A stretch of DNA of 64,000 nt, from positions 45,428 to 109,427 of the forward strand of contig JAINCQ010000040.1 in NCBI GenBank assembly GCA_036574205.1, given 5' to 3'. The translations under genes and the position numbers were made by a program. Of this stretch, positions 1 to 8,207 are shown piece after piece. Origin of the DNA: Elusimicrobiota bacterium (lineage in GTDB: Bacteria > Elusimicrobiota > Elusimicrobia > Elusimicrobiales > UBA9959). Numbering within the stretch: the stretch's first letter is position 1; the number at the start of each line of letters is the position of its first letter. The notes under the pieces were generated by a model. The model ran no database searches, was not told the origin of the DNA, and saw nothing but the letters and a program-made list of their open reading frames with translations.

Positions 1-118
1 AACATACTGCACCTAATTTTTTAACTATTTTTAAAATATCCTTTAATTCACACTTAAGCAAAAGCATATATTTGTTTTCTGAGTCTTTAACCTTTGAAGT
101 CTCCCATTTACTAATCAT
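1..118 (-). CDS. 5' part of a hypothetical protein running off the window edge (MISKWETSKVKDSENKYMLLLKC...)
   Basis: ATG at 118, 3 nt after the stop of the upstream 376-aa ORF; frame stays open to position 1. Confidence 0.6.
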   Translation of the reverse strand, partial: MISKWETSKVKDSENKYMLLLKCELKDILKIVKKLGAVC

Positions 119-121
119 AAA

Positions 122-1252
122 TCACCTTACAATTAACTCCATTATTAATTCTAACGCTATGCTTCTATTAAAATTATTTTTTTTGAAATTAACGAAATAA
201 ATATTATTATGAGAAAGCGCATTTTCTATTTCATACTTTTTCTCCATAGGCAACTCACCTATAAGGACAACAGCACAGACTTTCTCCTCTTTTGAATTTA
301 AAAGCACAGAATCAGCGTTAAGATCGTCACTATACGGCAAAACAAAAGCCCTTTTTACAAACATTGGCTTATCTTTTGAGCTAAGACATATCTCATCTAT
401 TGTTTTAAGAGCCTCTTTAAAAACCTCTTCGTCTGAGCCATAAATAAACCCTACACTTTTTATACGTTCAGGTAAAACCTCAGGTGGTGGTTGTAAAGAA
501 AGATATTTATTTAATTCCATGGAAAATTCAAGGTTTATATTAGAATTAGAGTTTTCATGTCCCATAGTAGCAGATACATCGTTTTTTTCAATATCTAAAG
601 CTAACGTTTCTTCAGATTTTTTTATATTATCTTCTAAAACAGGACTAAATTCAATAATTTCATCAGGTTTATTTTCTTTTAATCCCTCCGACAGGTTTAT
701 ATCCAGGTTAATATCTTTTTCAATTTTTTCATCATTCTTTTCTTCGGTCTTAACCTCAACACCAACACTATCTTCATTTGTGTTTACAGAAATATCTTCT
801 TTTTCCTTTTCTCTTTCCAAATTTTGACTATTATCAGCCGTCTGTAAAACAACATCAGAACCTTCCTCCTTAGTTTCATTGTTATTTACTTGTTCTATAT
901 TTTCAGATTTGACCTCAGTTTGATTTACATCTACTTTTTTTTCATCTTTATTTTCAGAAATAATAGTATGGTCAAACAACTGGATATCATCTAAATTAAT
1001 ATCATCGGTTGTTTTTTTAGAATCATCAGAATTTTCATTCTCGTTATTAATCTTGGAGGTATCAGCGTTTATCTTTTTTGTCTCTTCTTCCACCAATTGT
1101 TTGTCTTTGTTTAAATCAGTCAATTCTTCTTTCTCTTCTGAAGTTTTTTTAACACTATCAAGGACTTCCGGCATTTTATCAAGCAAAGAATTCAAATCAT
1201 TTAAAATATCATCAAAAGACCTTTTTTTATTTTTATCATCACTATTATCCAT
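122..1252 (-). CDS. Hypothetical protein: N-terminal amphipathic helix, long acidic low-complexity linker, C-terminal alpha/beta domain
   Basis: 376-aa ORF with GGAG RBS; residues ~40-240 are E/D/N/K-rich. Confidence 0.75.
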   Translation of the reverse strand: MDNSDDKNKKRSFDDILNDLNSLLDKMPEVLDSVKKTSEEKEELTDLNKDKQLVEEETKKINADTSKINNENENSDDSKKTTDDINLDDIQLFDHTIISENKDEKKVDVNQTEVKSENIEQVNNNETKEEGSDVVLQTADNSQNLEREKEKEDISVNTNEDSVGVEVKTEEKNDEKIEKDINLDINLSEGLKENKPDEIIEFSPVLEDNIKKSEETLALDIEKNDVSATMGHENSNSNINLEFSMELNKYLSLQPPPEVLPERIKSVGFIYGSDEEVFKEALKTIDEICLSSKDKPMFVKRAFVLPYSDDLNADSVLLNSKEEKVCAVVLIGELPMEKKYEIENALSHNNIYFVNFKKNNFNRSIALELIMELIVR

Positions 1253-1375
1253 ATCTATATCTCCAAAAATAGTATTTTCTAGAGCTAAACTGTTACCAAT
1301 ATAAATTATACAATTTATTTAATTCATATTTCAGGATCTTTTATGTTTTAGTTTTCGCATAATAAATTCCTAAAA

Positions 1376-1390
1376 TGTTATAATAATTTT
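1376..1390 (+). promoter_or_regulatory. Extended -10 promoter (TGtTATAAT), probably giving a leaderless transcript
   Basis: TATAAT at 1379-1384, 6 nt before ATG 1391; no SD. Confidence 0.6.
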
Positions 1391-2809
1391 ATGATAACAA
1401 TTAATAATTTAAACCCAAATTTAAGAAAAGCGCAATATGCCGTGCGTGGCAAAATACTTCAACGGGCTTATGAACTTGAAAAAAAAGGGAGAAAAATAAT
1501 TTATTGCAATATAGGAAATCCTCAGGCTTTAAAACAAAAACCTATTACATATGTCAGGCAACTTTTAGCTCTTACTGAATACCCATCTCTAATAGACAAT
1601 CAAAAAAGAGGACTTTTTTTTAATGATGTAATAAAAAAAGCAAAACAAATATTGAAAGAAAATCCAAATGGACTTGGAGCCTATACCCAAAGCGAAGGAA
1701 TGCCCTTTATTAGAAAATCTGTGGCTGAATTTATAAAAAAGCGTGATACAATAGATGCTACTCCAGAGAGGATAATTTTAACAGATGGGGCTTCAAAAGG
1801 AATTCAGGCAGTTTTTACCCTTTTAATAAAAAATTCAAACTCAGGCTTTATGATCCCGATTCCTCAGTATCCCCTTTATAGCGCTACAATAGCATTATAT
1901 GGAGCAAAACAAATAAATTACTATTTAGACGAAGATAAACACTGGGAACTTAATGAGAATGAACTAAAATCAAGCATTAATGAGGCAGTTAAAAATAAAA
2001 TAGAACCAGTTGCTATAGTGGTTATAAATCCAGGCAATCCAACAGGGGCTGTTCTTTCAAAAGAAAACATAAAAATGATAATAAACTTTGCAAGGAAATA
2101 TAATCTTTCAATACTGGCAGATGAAGTTTATCAAGAAAATATATATAGTTCCAAACATTCCTTTCATTCTTTTGCTAAAGTAATGTCGGAGATGAAAATA
2201 ACAGACGTTCCATTATTCAGTTTTCATTCAACCTCAAAAGGCTTTTTTGGTGAATGTGGACATAGAGGTGGATATCTTGAAACAAGAAATGTAGGAGATG
2301 ATGTATATTATGAAATAATAAAACTTCAATCCATAGGGCTTTGCGCAAATACAGCAGGTCAAATTGTTACTTATGCAATGGTCAATCCACCTCAAAAAAA
2401 TGAAGATAGTTATGAGTTATACATGAAAGAGAAAAATTCAATACTTTCAGAACTTAAGAAAAAAGCTGAAATACTGGGGGAGGAATTAAATAAAATAGAA
2501 GGGGTTTCCCTTAAAATACCATATGGTGCAATGTATGCTTTTGTAAAAATAGACTTACCCCAACCAAAGGATATTAATTTTAAAAATATGACTCAAAAAG
2601 AGATTGTTGAGTATGAATCAAAAAGAGATTTTGATTACTGCCTTAATCTGCTTGAAGAAACAGGCATATGCGTGGTCCCGGGGTCTGGATTTGGTCAGAA
2701 ACCTCATACATATCACTTCAGAACTACATTTTTGCCGCCATTAGAGGAAATAAAGTATTTTGTAAAAAAATTTAAAAACTTTCACTTTAATTATTTAAAA
2801 AAAATATAA
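1391..2809 (+). CDS. PLP-dependent class I aminotransferase, eukaryote-type alanine aminotransferase (AlaAT/GPT/GGAT-like)
   Basis: YAVRG, CNIGNPQ..QKPI, INPGNPTG, ADEVYQ, FHSTSKG (PLP Lys), GECGHRGGY, VVPGSGFGQ..TYHFRTT. Confidence 0.9.
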   Translation: MITINNLNPNLRKAQYAVRGKILQRAYELEKKGRKIIYCNIGNPQALKQKPITYVRQLLALTEYPSLIDNQKRGLFFNDVIKKAKQILKENPNGLGAYTQSEGMPFIRKSVAEFIKKRDTIDATPERIILTDGASKGIQAVFTLLIKNSNSGFMIPIPQYPLYSATIALYGAKQINYYLDEDKHWELNENELKSSINEAVKNKIEPVAIVVINPGNPTGAVLSKENIKMIINFARKYNLSILADEVYQENIYSSKHSFHSFAKVMSEMKITDVPLFSFHSTSKGFFGECGHRGGYLETRNVGDDVYYEIIKLQSIGLCANTAGQIVTYAMVNPPQKNEDSYELYMKEKNSILSELKKKAEILGEELNKIEGVSLKIPYGAMYAFVKIDLPQPKDINFKNMTQKEIVEYESKRDFDYCLNLLEETGICVVPGSGFGQKPHTYHFRTTFLPPLEEIKYFVKKFKNFHFNYLKKI

Positions 2810-2845
2810 CAAATTAGTTTCTAAATAAGGTAAAATTTATTTAAT

Positions 2846-2933
2846 GGGCTGGTGGCGGAATTGGTAGACGCGACGGACTTAAAATCCGTTGGCTGATTAA
2901 ACAGCCGTGCGGGTTCGAGTCCCGCCCTGCCCA
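2846..2933 (+). tRNA. trnL: tRNA-Leu (anticodon UAA), long variable arm, CCA not encoded
   Basis: Acceptor GGGCTGG/CCTGCCC (one U-U mismatch), D-arm GGCGGAATTGGTAGACGC, anticodon arm ACGGA-CTTAAAA-TCCGT, T-arm GCGGG-TTCGAGT-CCCGC, discriminator A. Confidence 0.97.
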
Positions 2934-2934
2934 C

Positions 2935-3174
2935 TGCTGGTACTAAGTCATGGCGGTAAGCCATGACGTGGGTGAGGACTGCCTTTAGAGCGAAACCTCA
3001 AATGGTTTTGCGTGCAGTCCGCAAGGCCGCAGTTCGCCCTGGGCATACAGGCGAACGAGGCGGGGTCGCGCAAAGCCCGCCAGGCTTATGCGTGACTCGA
3101 AAGCCCGCAGCAAAACTTGGGCAATACAGTTTTGCGAGGGGCGGCCCGCAAAAAATTTTGCGGTTAGCAAAATT
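2935..3174 (+). ncRNA. Unidentified GC-rich, highly structured element directly 3' of tRNA-Leu (candidate ncRNA or MITE-like repeat)
   Basis: At least 7 stems: 2947-54/2960-67, 2976-82/3014-20, 3025-30/3141-46, 3032-38/3050-56, 3060-72/3089-3108, 3110-17/3128-35, 3154-61/3167-74. Confidence 0.55.
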
Positions 3175-3225
3175 TATTTGTGGGAGAATTCCTTTGACAT
3201 ATTAAAATCTCTTCCCCCTTAACTC

Positions 3226-3260
3226 TTCTCACCCTAACCATCTCCAAAAAGGAGAGGGGA
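3226..3260 (+). repeat. Degenerate REP-like palindrome of the CCCTCACCCTAACCCTCTCC..GGAGAGGG type
   Basis: TTCTCACCCTAACCATCTCC-AAAAA-GGAGAGGGGA; TCTCC/GGAGA hairpin. Confidence 0.5.
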
Positions 3261-3366
3261 TATGGCAGTTAAACCGTCTAAGGAAGATAAAATCAGTTTT
3301 TCTTTGGCTTAAGAAAACAATTATCCACAGTTTAATTATGGCCGTGGAAAATTAGTGGATGTTGTT

Positions 3367-4245
3367 TTATGGCTGACTGTTCTTATAAAACTGGCCAATA
3401 TGTTTCTGATATTTTGCAAAAATATTTTTAAATTTAAGAAAATCACTAAATTTTTTAATAAAGTATGAACTTATTAGAGAAAATCCAAAAAGGCAAATAA
3501 TTGTAGCACCTGTAGGAGTATCCAGTTTAACTGACAGAAAAATTCCAGCTGACATTATTAACAATCCTGAAATCCAGGAAAATATTACTCTTTGTTTTAT
3601 CGTTGAAAAGAATATAATAGACATAGCAGCTGGTATTATTAAAAAATTGAAAACAAGAAAAACTCCTGCAACTTCAACTGAACTTGTTACCACCATTCCA
3701 AACAAAACATAGAATAAAAAATCCCAGAAACGAATATTTAAGGATTTTTCGGCTTTTTGTGGCTCAAAAGAAATCATTATAAACTTTTCTCTGAAGATAT
3801 AGTGCAGTATACCTATGAAAGAATAAAGAAGGGCAGTTTTAATTATCTGGGGCCAGGAAACAAAAAGTATGTTTCCTACCAGCATCTCCTTTAAATGTTC
3901 AGCCTCTTTTGGCATTCTATCAAGCAATAAAACACTTAAAGCTGCGCTAACTACATATACTATTCCTATTATTGCCTCCTGTGGAATTTCCTTTATCTTT
4001 TTAGCTCTGGAAAAAGAAAAAATAAATGCCCCAATAAGAGTAAAGGAAAAAGATGTGATATATGAACCTAAACTGTGAAGCTGAAAACCCAATAGTATCC
4101 CAAATATAGCTCCACATGCAGCAAGCTGTGCTAAAGCTAAATCAACAAATATAACACTCCTTTTAAGTATATGAAGACCTAAGTAAGAATGTATACCTAT
4201 AAGTATAGTTGAAATAACAAAAGCTGGTAGAATTATTTCAATCAT
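3367..4245 (-). CDS. Metal (Zn/Mn) ABC transporter permease, ZnuB/ABC-3 family
   Basis: Multi-TM; GLHILKRSVIFVDLALAQLA, EAIIGIVY, LVGNILFV, GVFLVF..LIIPA; start moved to ATG 4245 (GGAGG RBS). Confidence 0.9.
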   Translation of the reverse strand: MIEIILPAFVISTILIGIHSYLGLHILKRSVIFVDLALAQLAACGAIFGILLGFQLHSLGSYITSFSFTLIGAFIFSFSRAKKIKEIPQEAIIGIVYVVSAALSVLLLDRMPKEAEHLKEMLVGNILFVSWPQIIKTALLYSFIGILHYIFREKFIMISFEPQKAEKSLNIRFWDFLFYVLFGMVVTSSVEVAGVFLVFNFLIIPAAMSIIFFSTIKQRVIFSWISGLLIMSAGIFLSVKLDTPTGATIICLFGFSLISSYFIKKFSDFLKFKNIFAKYQKHIGQFYKNSQP

Positions 4246-4272
4246 AAAACCTCCATTTATAAAAAATAACAA

Positions 4273-5160
4273 TTACCTGTTTTGCAAAATCCTTTCTATT
4301 ATTGTGTCAAAAAGCGATATGTAATCAGCTGTTTCTTTTTCTCCGCCAACTGAAGAAGGTAAAACTATCACCTTTGCCGATGTTTTTTTAGCTATTTCAG
4401 TAGCAGCTTTAAGAGGGTAAAAATTATCAACTAAGATAATATTTACATTCTCTTTTTTGATAAGCTCTATTAAATATAAGATATGATTTGCATTGGGAGG
4501 CATTCCAGGTTTTGGTTCTATATTGGCAACAAGATCAAGATTAAAAGCCTTAGCAAAATAAACCCAGGAATTATGATATGTTATTATTTTTCTATTTTTA
4601 AGTACCTTCATTTTTTCTTTCCATTCATTTATTTTAAAATCCAGCTTATTACAAAACTCAATGTAATTTTTTTCAAAATATTCTTTTCTTTCAGGTTTAA
4701 TAGCTAAAAGAGCATTTTTTATATTTTTAGCTATTATCTTTCCATTTTCAGGATCAAGCCAATAATGAGGATTGCCAAATATGTGTATATCACCCATTGA
4801 ACCATCTATACGATGTTGGGGCTTTTGCAGTATTTCAATTCCAACAGAAGCATCAACATAACCTTCTCTTCCATAAAACAATTTTTTATTTCTTGCCGCA
4901 TTTATAAGAGAATCAAGCCACATATCAAAATCAAGCCCTATCTTAACTACCATATCTGCTTTTTTCAGTTTAAATACCATGCTCGGTCTTGGCTCTATCA
5001 TATGTAAGTCAAAATTTCCAGAAGTAAGCGATTCAACATCAACTTCATCTTTTCCAACAAACTCTGCAATACTTTTTAAGTCCCAAGATGAAGTTACAAT
5101 CTTTATCTTAGCTAAAAGAGGTGAATAAAAAAGAAATAAAATTAAAAAAAGATTTCTCAT
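4273..5160 (-). CDS. Metal ABC transporter substrate-binding protein, ZnuA/TroA family
   Basis: Signal peptide; DLHMIEPRPS, GNPHYWLDP, TYHNSWVYF, IEPKPG; GGAG RBS. Confidence 0.92.
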   Translation of the reverse strand: MRNLFLILFLFYSPLLAKIKIVTSSWDLKSIAEFVGKDEVDVESLTSGNFDLHMIEPRPSMVFKLKKADMVVKIGLDFDMWLDSLINAARNKKLFYGREGYVDASVGIEILQKPQHRIDGSMGDIHIFGNPHYWLDPENGKIIAKNIKNALLAIKPERKEYFEKNYIEFCNKLDFKINEWKEKMKVLKNRKIITYHNSWVYFAKAFNLDLVANIEPKPGMPPNANHILYLIELIKKENVNIILVDNFYPLKAATEIAKKTSAKVIVLPSSVGGEKETADYISLFDTIIERILQNR

Positions 5161-5190
5161 ATAAACTCCTTTTAAATTTAAAATATGCTG

Positions 5191-5222
5191 TTTTATGACC
5201 AGGGAGTTGCCCTGGCTATAAA
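5191..5222 (-). other. Intercistronic stem-loop between the outer-membrane protein gene and the SBP gene (mRNA stability or partial stop)
   Basis: CCAGGG-caact-CCCTGG core extended by TTTAT/ATAAA; no U-tract on the sense strand. Confidence 0.45.
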
Positions 5223-5225
5223 TAT

Positions 5226-6341
5226 TTACTCAAGCTCATGGCTATGAGGACCTATGCCAAAAGAAAGTTGAATCCATGCCTCAGTAACTTTTTTCCCATT
5301 AATATTCCTATGTTTTCCAGTTAAACGCCAGAATGAAGTTTCAGTAAGATGCCCTGTGATTATGGCTGAAAAAGCTCTTTCGTATGAAATATCTGGAAAT
5401 GCATTTTCCGAGTAATCAAATCTCAAGCCATAATCAAAGTATTTATTGGCTCTGTAGTTTATAAAAGAATAAAAACCATCTCTATTAATTTTTCCAGTAG
5501 GTACCTCTCTTCTAAGGTGCAGCCATTCATTTTGAAATGTTAGTTTTTTATAACTGGATGGAAACCATTTAAATGTAATATCCAAGCCAACTATCTCAAC
5601 ATTGTCGTTAAAACGCATATTTTCTTCAGGATGCTTATAGTGAGGTCCTCTACCTTTAAGTCCACTAAAACCAACTTCAAGTTCTTTCTGACTTCCTATC
5701 TCAAATGAAGAATTCCATCTAGCAGTATAGACCTTATCAGCTGGAGAAAAAGAAGAATCATGATGATCTTCCTCATCATGATGATGGGCGTTTATTTTCC
5801 AGAATCCTGCTTGAAGTTGACTGTAGAAAGGCAGTACAGGAATTAAATATTTAAGTGTCATTCCCTGCCCTCCAAGCTCATGCTCACCTAAAAATTTCTC
5901 TAAAACAAAAGGTCTGTCAGTTGTTGGAAGATGATGAGTATGAAGTTTGTTTAACTTTCCAAAATCGATATGTACTTTTCCTATTTCTGCTGAAAAACCA
6001 TATCCAAGATTTAAAAAACTTGCTTTTGCCTCGCATATCTCAGTTTCATACTCATCACCATGTTTATGAATGGCAAGTATAATGTCAGCTCTCATTTCAG
6101 GATAAATATATCCTTGAAATGCAGTTTCAACTTCATTGATATAAAGATCATTTCTACCTTCATCTTTTTTATCATCGCTTGTATAGCCAACTATGTTAAC
6201 CAGAGCACTTACATCTGGAAGATTTATAGGCTTGCCTCTCATCCCTTGAGGAGGCGTTCCCTGGCTAAAATTAGAAATGTCTGCCGATTTAACATATTGA
6301 GATAAGAATAACATAACAAATACAAAAAACATTTTTTTCAT
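5226..6341 (-). CDS. His-rich outer-membrane beta-barrel (porin-like) protein, probable metal uptake
   Basis: Signal peptide; alternating beta-strand pattern; FGKLNKLHTH, AHHHDEEDHHD, C-terminal GPHSHELE; GGAGG RBS. Confidence 0.75.
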   Translation of the reverse strand: MKKMFFVFVMLFLSQYVKSADISNFSQGTPPQGMRGKPINLPDVSALVNIVGYTSDDKKDEGRNDLYINEVETAFQGYIYPEMRADIILAIHKHGDEYETEICEAKASFLNLGYGFSAEIGKVHIDFGKLNKLHTHHLPTTDRPFVLEKFLGEHELGGQGMTLKYLIPVLPFYSQLQAGFWKINAHHHDEEDHHDSSFSPADKVYTARWNSSFEIGSQKELEVGFSGLKGRGPHYKHPEENMRFNDNVEIVGLDITFKWFPSSYKKLTFQNEWLHLRREVPTGKINRDGFYSFINYRANKYFDYGLRFDYSENAFPDISYERAFSAIITGHLTETSFWRLTGKHRNINGKKVTEAWIQLSFGIGPHSHELE

Positions 6342-6405
6342 ATAACCTCCTTAACATTTAAATAACCTTAAATTCAAAGACACAAAAGATATAGATATAT
6401 ATAAC

Positions 6406-6702
6406 TCAGCAAGGATTTTTTAACAGAATTGGAGGTGAGCGTATTAATGTTTTATAGAAAAAATTTTCGACTAATATGTTTTCAAAAGATAGTTGAATAG
6501 TTAAAATAAAACCTTCAGGTTTATTAATAAGCTTATTCCCAAAATCTGAATTAACTTGAGGCGAAGTTATAGAGATACAAACAGCACATTCACCATCTTC
6601 ATGTGTATGCCCTTTTTCATTTATATGCAATGGCCATACTATAAGAAGAATCAAAGATATAATGAGATTGAGTAAAAAAGCAAATTTATTTTTTTTACTC
6701 AT
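6406..6702 (-). CDS. DUF2946-like small protein, putative metal-sensing leader (arrest) peptide
   Basis: N-terminal hydrophobic helix, HxxxxxHTH, CAVC, and RSPP near the C-terminus (RAPP-like); first gene of the metal operon. Confidence 0.7.
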   Translation of the reverse strand: MSKKNKFAFLLNLIISLILLIVWPLHINEKGHTHEDGECAVCISITSPQVNSDFGNKLINKPEGFILTIQLSFENILVENFFYKTLIRSPPILLKNPC

Positions 6703-6780
6703 AGCAAAATTTTACAAATTTATACTTTTTAAATCAAATCACTTTTTTTAAATTTGCTATAATTAAATTTGGAGATAACT

Positions 6781-7413
6781 ATGAAGATAGTGAGAGAAGC
6801 GTATTTAGTTGTATTATTAAGTTTAACAGGTCTTTGTTTTTCATTATATGCCATCAGATTCTCAAAGCTTTCATATATACTTGTATTTTTATTTTTAACT
6901 ACTTTAGTGTTTTCTTTGTATTTTTTCAGAGATCCTAAGCGCAATATTCAATTTAGTGAAGATGAAATAGCATCTCCTGCAGATGGAACTATCATTTCAA
7001 TAAGCAATGAAAACTTTAGTGATATTCTTGTTGTAAGAATTTTCTTATCAGTGTTTGATGTTCATCTGCAAAGAACCCCTATAAATGGAAAAGTAAAAGA
7101 TATAACATTTACCCCAGGAAAATTTCATATAGCATATAAGCCCCAGGCAAAGGATAACCAAAGAAACATAATAAAAATAGAAGGAGAAAACAATAAATGG
7201 GCATGGGTTGAACAGATAACTGGCGCAATAGCCAGAAGAATAGTATCATATGTTAAGGTTGGAGACTATGTAAAAACTGGTGATAAGATAGGAATGATTT
7301 ATTTCGGTTCGCAGGTTGCATTATATCTGCCAAAGGATGTTGAATTAAAAGTCTCAGTGGGAGATAAGGTAAAAGCCGGGGAAACATTGCTGGGTTTATG
7401 GAAGAAGAATTAA
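6781..7413 (+). CDS. psd: Phosphatidylserine decarboxylase (short type)
   Basis: FFRDP, SPADG, IFLSVFDVH, ITGAIARRI, FGS self-cleavage motif; ATG 6781 with GGAG RBS. Confidence 0.95.
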   Translation: MKIVREAYLVVLLSLTGLCFSLYAIRFSKLSYILVFLFLTTLVFSLYFFRDPKRNIQFSEDEIASPADGTIISISNENFSDILVVRIFLSVFDVHLQRTPINGKVKDITFTPGKFHIAYKPQAKDNQRNIIKIEGENNKWAWVEQITGAIARRIVSYVKVGDYVKTGDKIGMIYFGSQVALYLPKDVELKVSVGDKVKAGETLLGLWKKN

Positions 7414-8198
7414 ATAAAACTTCATCTATAAAAATAAAAACTAAAAACGCAATTCCATCTATATTTACTCTTTCCAATATGGCATTCGGGATGATGGCTA
7501 TTTTAAGCATATCGAGAGAGGAGTATATAACAGCATGTTATTTTATAATAGGCTCATACATTATGGATATACTTGATGGAAGAGTGGCAAGATTTATAGG
7601 CGCGGAGACAGAAATAGGAATTGAACTTGATTCATTTTCTGACTGGTTATCCTTTGGTATAGCACCAGCTTATATGATATATGAATTTGCGCTTAAAGAA
7701 TATGGTATTGTCGCCTATCCCGTAGTCCTTATATATGTTATATGTGGCGCATTAAGGCTTGTCAGATTCAATCTTAAATCACTATCAGGAGAAAGCTCAA
7801 AAACTTTTTTTCAAGGGCTACCAATACCAGCTGCAGCAGGTGTGATAGTATTTTTCGTTTTATCTTATTCAATAATAGAAAGCGATTTACCTTCAAAAAC
7901 AATATCTCTTTTAAACAAACACATGCCACTGCTTTATACTATATTCCCATTTATAATGATAATTATATCTCTTTTGATGATATCATCAGTACCATATGTT
8001 GCGCTAAAATCAGGGAAAAACTTTAAAGTAAAATCTCCATTGGGTTTATTAGCAACAGTTTCTGTTATCTTTCTTTTTATTTTTTACCCGCAAAATGCTT
8101 TATTAATATTCTTTTTCTTATACGCCATATCTGGCATAATATATTTCTTTTATAGATTATTTTTCTCAAAAAATACCGGAAACACTGAAAATAAATAA
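7398..8198 (+). CDS. pssA: CDP-diacylglycerol--serine O-phosphatidyltransferase
   Basis: DILDGRVAR...G.ELDSFSD.LSFGIAP, LRLVRFN, FQGLPIPAAA; adjacent to psd. Confidence 0.93.
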   Translation: MEEELNKTSSIKIKTKNAIPSIFTLSNMAFGMMAILSISREEYITACYFIIGSYIMDILDGRVARFIGAETEIGIELDSFSDWLSFGIAPAYMIYEFALKEYGIVAYPVVLIYVICGALRLVRFNLKSLSGESSKTFFQGLPIPAAAGVIVFFVLSYSIIESDLPSKTISLLNKHMPLLYTIFPFIMIIISLLMISSVPYVALKSGKNFKVKSPLGLLATVSVIFLFIFYPQNALLIFFFLYAISGIIYFFYRLFFSKNTGNTENK

Positions 8199-8207
8199 TT
8201 TTTTTAA

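Noticed and set aside
2900..2933. tRNA-Leu as the attachment site of an integrated element
   Set aside because: No second copy of the tRNA 3' end and no integrase were found in the window.
2935..3174. tmRNA, RNase P RNA or SRP RNA identity for the structured element
   Set aside because: No tRNA-like ends or tag ORF, no GAGGAAAGUCC core, no SRP domain IV motif seen on either strand.
2963..3205. 80-aa (+) and 61-aa (-) ORFs over the GC-rich element
   Set aside because: Composition is unlike host genes and there is no clear RBS; open frames are expected in GC-rich palindromic DNA. Base-pairing explains the region better.
3321..3362. Possible oriC from DnaA boxes
   Set aside because: Only one perfect TTATCCACA and two poor matches in a short spacer; no recognisable dnaA/dnaN in the window.
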